64,000 nucleotides of DNA. It comes from Planctomycetota bacterium (GTDB lineage: Bacteria > Planctomycetota > UBA8108 > SXIK01). Below the pieces are notes generated by a model, which was not told the DNA's origin, made no database searches, and was given only the letters and a program-made list of their open reading frames with translations. The stretch lies in NCBI GenBank assembly GCA_965223265.1, contig OZ244999.1:8608001-8672000 (forward strand). Direction: 5' to 3'. Of the stretch, positions 57,173-64,000 are shown one piece after another; the first letter of the stretch is position 1, and every line of letters starts with the position of its first letter. The position numbers and the translations under genes were made by a program.

Positions 57173-58885
57173 GTGACCTTCGCGTTGCGGCGTTCCTCCC
57201 TGCCGTGCCGCCGCGCGAATGTCGATACAAAGGCACACGTCGCCCTCGCCATTGGTACCGATATCGTGCCGCTATCTCACTCCACCACGATCACCTCGCC
57301 GCCGCGCCAGGTCGCGGCAGACGATTCGGCTGTGCCGTCGCCCGCGGCCACTTCGCTGCGGCCGCTCGCGGCGGTCGTGGCCGTCGCTGCCGTGGTGACG
57401 TTTCCGACCCTGGGTTTCGATTTTGTCCTCTATGACGATGACTATCTGGTCTACCGCAATTCGGCCATTCGTGATCTCGGCAACATCGCGAGCTTCTTCG
57501 ATCCGTGGGCCGACAGGGAGCAGATGGGCTCAGAGTATCTGCCGCTGACGACGCTCAGCTTCGCGATCGACTACGCCCTGTTCGGTCTCGACCCCCGCGG
57601 ATTTCACGCCACTAACGCGGTTCTCTACATCCTGCTGTGCTCGGCCGTATACCTGCTTCTGCGTCAACTCGGTGTGCGGCCGTGGGGCGCCGCCATCGGT
57701 GCCGCGCTCTTCGCTGTCCACCCGCTGCACACGGAGAACTTCGCCTGGATCGCCGAGCGCAAAGGACTCCTGAGTGGGGTGTTCGCGCTATTTGCGGTGT
57801 CGAGCTACATCGCGTTTCGTCGTCGTGGGGACGGCGTACGTTGGCTCTGCCTTTCGATCCTTTGTTACCTCGGCGCGTTTCTTTCCAAGTATACGGCTGC
57901 CTCTTTGCCGGCAGTCCTTCTTGCTTACGAAGTGCTCTTCGTGCGCGGCGACGGCAGCGCGCGCCGATGGGCTCGCGTCGGTGTTACTTTGCTGCCGTTT
58001 GCCGTCATTGGTGCGGCGCTGACCTGGCTCGTGATCGGAATCGGCCACGCGCACGCCATCGTCAAAACTCATGACAGTCCACTTGTCAGCGCCGCCCAGA
58101 ACGATCCGATCATCCTCCTTCACTACGTCCGCCTCCTTTTCCTACCTTTACACCAATGCGCCTTCTACCTTTGGCCAACACGCACCGGCTGGGAGGCGGC
58201 GGCGTTCTTCGGCTATGGCGTCGTTGCCGTCATGTTGGCGCTTGCCTGGAAGAGCCGCCTTCGAGCTCCACTCTTGGCCTTCGCAATTGCCTGGTTCCTC
58301 GCGTTTCTTCTGCCGGTTTTGAACGTCGTTCCGAAAGGACTCCATCTGGCCGAGCGCTACCTTCTGTTGCCGTCTGTCGCGTTGTCGCTGCTGGCAGCAG
58401 TGGCGAGTGAGGCTTGGGCTCCCTTGTGGAGCGGTCGTCCGCGTCTTCGACGCACCGCGCTTGCGCTGGCCGTCCTCGCCTTGGTCACCCTCGGGAGCCT
58501 TTCCTTGTCACGTGGAGAAGTGTGGCGTGACTCGTTTCGTCTCTGGAATGAAACGCTGGCACACCCTATGGCAAACCCAGCCGCTTACAACCAATTGGGA
58601 CTCGCACAACTCACCCAGGCCTCCGATCCTCACCGTGCCGCCGATGTGTTCGAGCTCGGCCTTACCGACATGCAGCGACGTGGGACGCCGTCCTCGCCGC
58701 TGGCCCTCGAGCTCAGGTTTCATCTGATCTTGAGCTACCTCGAGTCTGCTCGAGTCGACGAGGCGCGACGAGAATGGGAGCTTTTGCAAAGAATCTCACG
58801 CGAGAGTGCCGAAAAAATGGACGCACGCATCGCCGGCTGGCGCCGCGATCTCGAGCAGCACTATCCCCAGCTCTTTTCGCGGTGA
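57173..58885 (+). CDS. TMTC-like GT-C glycosyltransferase (putative protein O-mannosyltransferase) with C-terminal TPR-like helices
   Basis: FVLYDDDY, YLPLTTLSF, FAVHPLHTENFAWIAERK, AERYLLLPS, VWRDSFRLW. Confidence 0.8.
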   Translation: MTFALRRSSLPCRRANVDTKAHVALAIGTDIVPLSHSTTITSPPRQVAADDSAVPSPAATSLRPLAAVVAVAAVVTFPTLGFDFVLYDDDYLVYRNSAIRDLGNIASFFDPWADREQMGSEYLPLTTLSFAIDYALFGLDPRGFHATNAVLYILLCSAVYLLLRQLGVRPWGAAIGAALFAVHPLHTENFAWIAERKGLLSGVFALFAVSSYIAFRRRGDGVRWLCLSILCYLGAFLSKYTAASLPAVLLAYEVLFVRGDGSARRWARVGVTLLPFAVIGAALTWLVIGIGHAHAIVKTHDSPLVSAAQNDPIILLHYVRLLFLPLHQCAFYLWPTRTGWEAAAFFGYGVVAVMLALAWKSRLRAPLLAFAIAWFLAFLLPVLNVVPKGLHLAERYLLLPSVALSLLAAVASEAWAPLWSGRPRLRRTALALAVLALVTLGSLSLSRGEVWRDSFRLWNETLAHPMANPAAYNQLGLAQLTQASDPHRAADVFELGLTDMQRRGTPSSPLALELRFHLILSYLESARVDEARREWELLQRISRESAEKMDARIAGWRRDLEQHYPQLFSR

Positions 58886-58918
58886 CGGCGTTTCGTTACT
58901 GCTTCACGATTTCAAACC

Positions 58919-59806
58919 ATGTCGACACAGCCATCAACCAACACCCGCGTTCACCTTGTCCTTCCGGCGTTCAACGAAGAGGACGCACTACCGCCGCTTC
59001 TTGGCCGCGTTGCCCGAGTCCGTCAAGCGCTTGGCATAGACATCTCGGTCGTCGTTGTTGACGACGGCAGTTCGGATCAGACGAGTGCCGTCGCCCAGGT
59101 TTGGAGTCGACGCCTCCCTCTAGTGATCGAGCGCCATCCGGAGAACCTCGGGTTAGGTCAGACCGTCCGCGATGGATTGCTCAAGGCCATGGAGTGTAGT
59201 TCTGCGGACGACGTGATCGTTGTCATGGATGCCGACAACACGCACGCTCCGGAGCTGGTCGACACGATGCTAGCGGCGATCACCGACGGCAGCGATGTCG
59301 TCATCGCCTCCCGCTACCAGACCGGAAGTCGGGTGCGTGGCCTCAGCCGGTTCCGACTGATCTTGAGTCACTCCGCTTCCTATGTGTTTCGCGCTTTCTT
59401 GCCGCTTGAAGGCGTGCGTGACTACACCTGCGGCTTTCGTGCCTACCGATGCACTCTTTTGCAGAGAATGGCGACGACGGCGGGCTCCGACTTCTGTTCT
59501 CGTGCGGGTTTCGAGTGCATGGTTGATCTACTACTCGCCGCGGCAGAGGAAGGTGCACGCTTCAGCGAGGTGCCACTTGACCTGCGCTACGACGAGAAGC
59601 GCGGCGTGAGCAAGATGAGGATAGGTCGAACGATCATGAGCACACTTTTTCTCTTGTGGCGTTGGCGTCGTCGTCGTCAGCGCGCCCTCAAGATCAGCGC
59701 CGTCGACCGAGTCATGGCCGCCGCTGCCGCGGGTGACCGCGTGCCGGAGCGACGGCAGCAGCCCATCTCGTCTGTGCCCCAGCGTCAGCGCGAAGTCAGC
59801 GTCTGA
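58919..59806 (+). CDS. GT2 glycosyltransferase, polyprenol-phosphate mannose synthase-like
   Basis: VLPAFNEE, VDDGSSD, MDAD, VIASRY, RDYTCGFRAY. Confidence 0.88.
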   Translation: MSTQPSTNTRVHLVLPAFNEEDALPPLLGRVARVRQALGIDISVVVVDDGSSDQTSAVAQVWSRRLPLVIERHPENLGLGQTVRDGLLKAMECSSADDVIVVMDADNTHAPELVDTMLAAITDGSDVVIASRYQTGSRVRGLSRFRLILSHSASYVFRAFLPLEGVRDYTCGFRAYRCTLLQRMATTAGSDFCSRAGFECMVDLLLAAAEEGARFSEVPLDLRYDEKRGVSKMRIGRTIMSTLFLLWRWRRRRQRALKISAVDRVMAAAAAGDRVPERRQQPISSVPQRQREVSV

Positions 59807-59926
59807 AGTCGAAACAGCAACAATCGGGCGGCGCGAGGGCGTTCGCTGCACTATAATTCTTCGTCGACCAGTTTTCTCGGTGAGCCTGCCGGTGCGCGCA
59901 GCTCTTACGAAAGTCTAGGTGATCAG

Positions 59927-60544
59927 ATGAAGATGAATACACCGTCGCGATCAAGAATGTTAGGGGCCATCGTTGCTGCCACCATTGCCTGCGCCGGCTG
60001 CGCGGGAGAACACCGCGACGAAGAAGCTGATCGACGCACGACTCATTCGACAACGAACAACGCGCCAGCGGAGGTTACCATGACGTCTAGTTCCGGAGAC
60101 ACAAAGGCTGGTTCTGACGAGTTGAACGCGACACCGAACTCCGAAGCGAAAGTGGAACTCTCCGACGCCGAGTGGAAGAAGCGCCTTTCGCCCGAACAAT
60201 TTCGCATCCTTCGCAAGAAGGGAACCGAGCGCGCGTTCACCGGTGAACACTGGAACAACAAGTCGCCTGGAACGTATCTGTGCGCCGGCTGTGATCAAGA
60301 GCTCTTCAGCTCAGAGGCGAAGTTCGACTCTGGAACGGGTTGGCCGAGTTTCTGGGCGCCGGCAAATGATGCGCACGTCGATACCGAAGAGGACCGGAGC
60401 TTGTTCATGGTGCGCACGGAAGTGCTTTGCAGTCGCTGTGGTGGCCACCTCGGTCACGTCTTTCCTGACGGTCCTGCGCCCACACATCAGCGCTACTGCA
60501 TCAACTCAGCAGCCCTTAAGTTTCAGGACAAAGAGATCGACTAG
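59927..60544 (+). CDS. msrB: Peptide-methionine (R)-S-oxide reductase with lipoprotein-like signal
   Basis: [41 protein letters not shown]. Confidence 0.96.
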   Translation: MKMNTPSRSRMLGAIVAATIACAGCAGEHRDEEADRRTTHSTTNNAPAEVTMTSSSGDTKAGSDELNATPNSEAKVELSDAEWKKRLSPEQFRILRKKGTERAFTGEHWNNKSPGTYLCAGCDQELFSSEAKFDSGTGWPSFWAPANDAHVDTEEDRSLFMVRTEVLCSRCGGHLGHVFPDGPAPTHQRYCINSAALKFQDKEID

Positions 60545-60577
60545 CGAATGCGATGCGCGGCGGACGTCGCCGCAACG

Positions 60578-62458
60578 TCAGCGGACGGGAATGACGTCGT
60601 TTTTGTGCCACGGAAACGCGTAAGTCGGCTGATTGGCGAAGCGAAGCATCTCGATCTCGAGTGTGCCGATCGCGCCGGGATTGAGGCGCACGGAGAGGTG
60701 CTTGGAGTCGACTTTTACATTGGCGTCGTTGTGCTGCACTGACTTGAACTCATGCTCTCCGAAGGCTCCTGCCTGCACGATCACGTCACGCGCATGTGTC
60801 GGGCTGAGATTGACGAGGACGAGTGAGATTCCTTGGGAGTCGATGCGCCGCACGAGCGCAGCGACATCTTCTGGCACACCGGGGCGCCGCCGGATCGGGT
60901 CGAAGTAACGGACCCGGCAGTTGATGAGGCCGCCATGATAGATGTGATTCGGCCCTCCCCACATGAGCTGCACGAGACCTTCGACGACAACAGGATTGCG
61001 CTGCTGCCAGTGGTGAACATCTTGATCGTCGACGTGGGACCGATCGCTGCGGATGACGGCGAGGCGGCGGAGCGTCTCGCGGTACGTCGACTCGAGGATC
61101 GTGACTGGGTAGTCCGGGTTTTGTCCGCGCAGAAAACTCACCCAGCCCCGGTCGTTGCCGGAGTCACCCTTGGCTTTGCTGTAGGCAGCCCGAGGCCACG
61201 AGGCAACGTCGGCGTGTTGCTCGATGCGTCGCCAATCTTCCATGCTTTCCGATGCGTACCAGAGATGTACGAGGTAGGAGGGATTGAGCGTACGGTAGGC
61301 GTACCAACCGTCGTCCTTGTGCTTGTGCGGTACGACGAATTGACCGTTCTCGATTCGGCCCTGTCGCGTCACGACGTCCACCTGTGAGCGTGGCAGATCC
61401 AAAAAACTACGATCGCCGGTGACCAGAAGGCAATTCGTCGCGGCGATTGTCGTCGATTCGAGAATGTTGAAGAAACCGTGTGGCCAGCGCCAACCGTAGT
61501 ACCCGCCCCACCACTTCCCATCCATGTACTCACCGATCTTGCCGCTGAGCCCAACGTTGTCTGGCATGACTCCGCCATTGGACCTGACGCGCGTCATCCA
61601 AGCCTTGGTGTAGTCGAGCACCCATCGCTTGTACTTTTCGTCGCCGGTGTACATGTAGGCGCTTAGCATCATACTCGTCGACGTGAGGTTGAGCGGCACG
61701 TCGCCCCGCATCATGCGGCGATTCATCGTGGCGAGAATGTTGGGAAACTTCTCGTCATCGATCCATGCCGAACTCTCGGTGACATTGGGGATGTCGTCGT
61801 AGGGGAGCGGATAGTTCGCCAGCACGGGCCGGTGCGTCACCCAGTCAACAGCGCTGTTCTCGAAGCGCGGTCCGCGACTACCGTTGATCGGTGAGCGAAT
61901 GAGTTTGAGTTCTGCATCCCAATTGGGTGCGCTTGGATCTTCGCCCATGTAGAGTCCGGCGAAGCGGAGGGCGCGCTCGCGGTCTTTGCGGCGCGTCGGA
62001 TCGGCGAGGCCGAAGTGATAGATGTAGACGTAGCTCTCGCCGTGATGCATCCAGTCGTAGTAGCTGTCGAATTCGTTGTGAACTTGACCGTACTGGGTGA
62101 ACTGCCGTGTCACACCGTCCCAAAGTTTGCGCGACATCTCATGGATTCCATCCGGGCCTCCAAGCGCATAGTAGAGCGGGAAGTTGAAGAAGCTCTCGTA
62201 TCCGTCGTCGGAGCCATCCATCCCCGGCCACTTCTGACGCCAAATGAGTGTGTCGTCGCTGCGTGTGTATCGCGCGACGAATTCCTGCGCTGCGGGATAG
62301 AGCTGCCGCAGAAGGAATCGCTGCCAGTGTGCCCAAGCAGGCGGTGGGGCGACGGTTTCGATCGTGACGTCGGCTTCTCCACTTCGTGGGGCGGCGAATG
62401 AGACGTTAGTGCACGAGATGAAAACTAAGGGCAGTACGCACGCGAGAGTTTTTGCCAC
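60578..62458 (-). CDS. Secreted hypothetical protein, Trp/Tyr-rich, possibly an (alpha/alpha) barrel carbohydrate-active enzyme
   Basis: AAGGAG RBS before GTG 62458; WPGMDGSDDGYESF, YDWMHHGE, WWGGYYGWRWPHG. Confidence 0.7.
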   Translation of the reverse strand: MAKTLACVLPLVFISCTNVSFAAPRSGEADVTIETVAPPPAWAHWQRFLLRQLYPAAQEFVARYTRSDDTLIWRQKWPGMDGSDDGYESFFNFPLYYALGGPDGIHEMSRKLWDGVTRQFTQYGQVHNEFDSYYDWMHHGESYVYIYHFGLADPTRRKDRERALRFAGLYMGEDPSAPNWDAELKLIRSPINGSRGPRFENSAVDWVTHRPVLANYPLPYDDIPNVTESSAWIDDEKFPNILATMNRRMMRGDVPLNLTSTSMMLSAYMYTGDEKYKRWVLDYTKAWMTRVRSNGGVMPDNVGLSGKIGEYMDGKWWGGYYGWRWPHGFFNILESTTIAATNCLLVTGDRSFLDLPRSQVDVVTRQGRIENGQFVVPHKHKDDGWYAYRTLNPSYLVHLWYASESMEDWRRIEQHADVASWPRAAYSKAKGDSGNDRGWVSFLRGQNPDYPVTILESTYRETLRRLAVIRSDRSHVDDQDVHHWQQRNPVVVEGLVQLMWGGPNHIYHGGLINCRVRYFDPIRRRPGVPEDVAALVRRIDSQGISLVLVNLSPTHARDVIVQAGAFGEHEFKSVQHNDANVKVDSKHLSVRLNPGAIGTLEIEMLRFANQPTYAFPWHKNDVIPVR

Positions 62459-62686
62459 GATCGTTCTCCTTGGTGGGATGCGAAAGTCCGACCCGGCGGA
62501 CGGTCTGGTCGTTGTTCCGAGCTCAAACCTTCTACGATCAATCGAACAAAAGCAAACGAAGGGGGCTTCAACCGACAGTCTCACCCGGGACGCTGTTGTC
62601 AACGAACCAACAGGCGTCGCACCTTACAATGGTCCACCGCGTTCGGAGAGGTGAGTGAAGAGGCGAATCGCTCGCCGAATTCGACG

Positions 62687-64000
62687 CTACGCCAGTCTCG
62701 GCATCACAAACGGCGCCCGGTATTCGCGCGTGAGCATGCGGTTGGCTTCTGGGTCGTCCAGGATTCGCTCGTCTTTAGGGTCGAACTCGAGCGTTCGACC
62801 GAGTCGGTACTTGACGTCCTCGAGCTTGAGGCCAACCCCGTTGCCGAGGTTGTTCTCCAGTGCTGCGAACGTGTCGTGCACAACCTTGTTGTCACCGAAC
62901 GCTTTGGCCTTTTTGTTGAATGGAACAAGGTCGCCCAGGCGGTAGGAGATGTTGGCCAGGTGGCATAGCGAGCTCGAGTAGTGACCGTCGAGCGCGGTGG
63001 CGTTGAGGTCACTCTCGCGTCGGCTGCGCACGGCGACGATAAAGCTGCCAAACGTGCCGCCGGGCGTCACGCTGGCATCGACGTCGACGAGATCCTCGCC
63101 CTCGTCCTTGCCCTTCGGGTAGAACTTGCCGCGCGTGATCATTCCTTCTTCGGTGTAGTACTCGTTTTGGACTTTGCGAGTATCCTTCGACGGCTCGCCG
63201 ACAAGTCCACGAACTTCGAAGACGAGGAGCACGTCGCCATACTGGAACACAGCCATTTGCGTGTTCGGCGTCTCGCCTTGATCGTCGTAGGCGAAACGAC
63301 CTCCCAGGCTCCATACCTTCGTCGGCATCGTTGCGCCTCTGATCGCCCAGCGCGCGACATCCATCTCGTGGACGCCCTGGTTGCCGACGTCACCGTTGCC
63401 GGTGTCCCAAAACCAGTGCCAGTTATAGTGCACGAGGTTGCCGTGGTAGGGCTGCTCCTTCGCCGGTCCGAGCCAGAGATCAAAGTCGAGGTGAGCGGGT
63501 GGCTTCTCGTGGGGTTTGTTACCGATACTCCAGCGCGGTTTGCAGCAGTAACCCTTGGAGACGAGGAGCTTGCCATACCTGCCGGACTGAACCGCGGCGA
63601 TCTCTTTAGCTCGTGCCAAGCTGCTGCGCTGCTGCGTCCCATGCTGGACGATGCGGTTGTGGAGCCGCGCCATCTCGGCGACGATCCGCCCTTCGAAGAC
63701 GTTGTGGCTCATCGGTTTTTCAACGTAAACGTCTTTGCCGGCTTGACACGCCCAAATCGTCATCAGCGAGTGCCAATGATTGCAGGTGGCGATCGAGAGA
63801 GCGTCCACGCTTTTCTCTTCGAGGGCGCGACGTACGTCTTGCACGCATGTCGGGACGTTACCTCCCGCTTCTTCGACGAGTTTTTGGCGCGAATCGAAGA
63901 GGCTGCTGTCCGGGTCGATGAGTTGACTGACTTCAACCCCATCGTCCTTCATCTCAGCAAACGACTTCATGTGGCTGCGGCCGCGACCGCGGATGCCGGC
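62687..64000 (-). CDS. Gfo/Idh/MocA oxidoreductase (5' end outside the window)
   Basis: GIRGRG, NHWH, KDVYVEKP, VQHGTQQRS, DLWLGPA, NQGVHEMD. Confidence 0.93.
   Translation of the reverse strand, partial: AGIRGRGRSHMKSFAEMKDDGVEVSQLIDPDSSLFDSRQKLVEEAGGNVPTCVQDVRRALEEKSVDALSIATCNHWHSLMTIWACQAGKDVYVEKPMSHNVFEGRIVAEMARLHNRIVQHGTQQRSSLARAKEIAAVQSGRYGKLLVSKGYCCKPRWSIGNKPHEKPPAHLDFDLWLGPAKEQPYHGNLVHYNWHWFWDTGNGDVGNQGVHEMDVARWAIRGATMPTKVWSLGGRFAYDDQGETPNTQMAVFQYGDVLLVFEVRGLVGEPSKDTRKVQNEYYTEEGMITRGKFYPKGKDEGEDLVDVDASVTPGGTFGSFIVAVRSRRESDLNATALDGHYSSSLCHLANISYRLGDLVPFNKKAKAFGDNKVVHDTFAALENNLGNGVGLKLEDVKYRLGRTLEFDPKDERILDDPEANRMLTREYRAPFVMPRLA

Overview
GC-rich bacterial chromosomal window, very probably from a Planctomycetota member. 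It carries a PSD1/planctomycete cytochrome c + DUF1501 pair, a planctomycete-type class II cytochrome c and Cys-containing dockerin-like modules. About 37 CDS are supported; no rRNA, tRNA, CRISPR array or intact transposase was seen. In order: a truncated Ser/Thr kinase; a cohesin-like/dockerin protein; a minor-pilin cluster (two PilX-like paralogues, PilW-like, HEAT, PilV-like); a tandem-duplicated cytochrome c; Cys-free rpsR next to a secreted Ni-SOD; a PilGHI/XapABCD-like ABC module; a TonB receptor-binding protein-hybrid kinase-HD-GYP operon; housekeeping genes; and a TMTC-like/GT2 glycosylation pair. The most striking system is a non-cellulosomal dockerin network of four dockerin-bearing proteins. 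One is an ECF sigma factor fused through a membrane segment to a ~1000-aa extracellular propeller/FN3/dockerin protein that has its own in-frame RBS and signal peptide. A shared 14-bp motif lies upstream of two of these genes. All calls come from visual motif recognition; no database searches were run.
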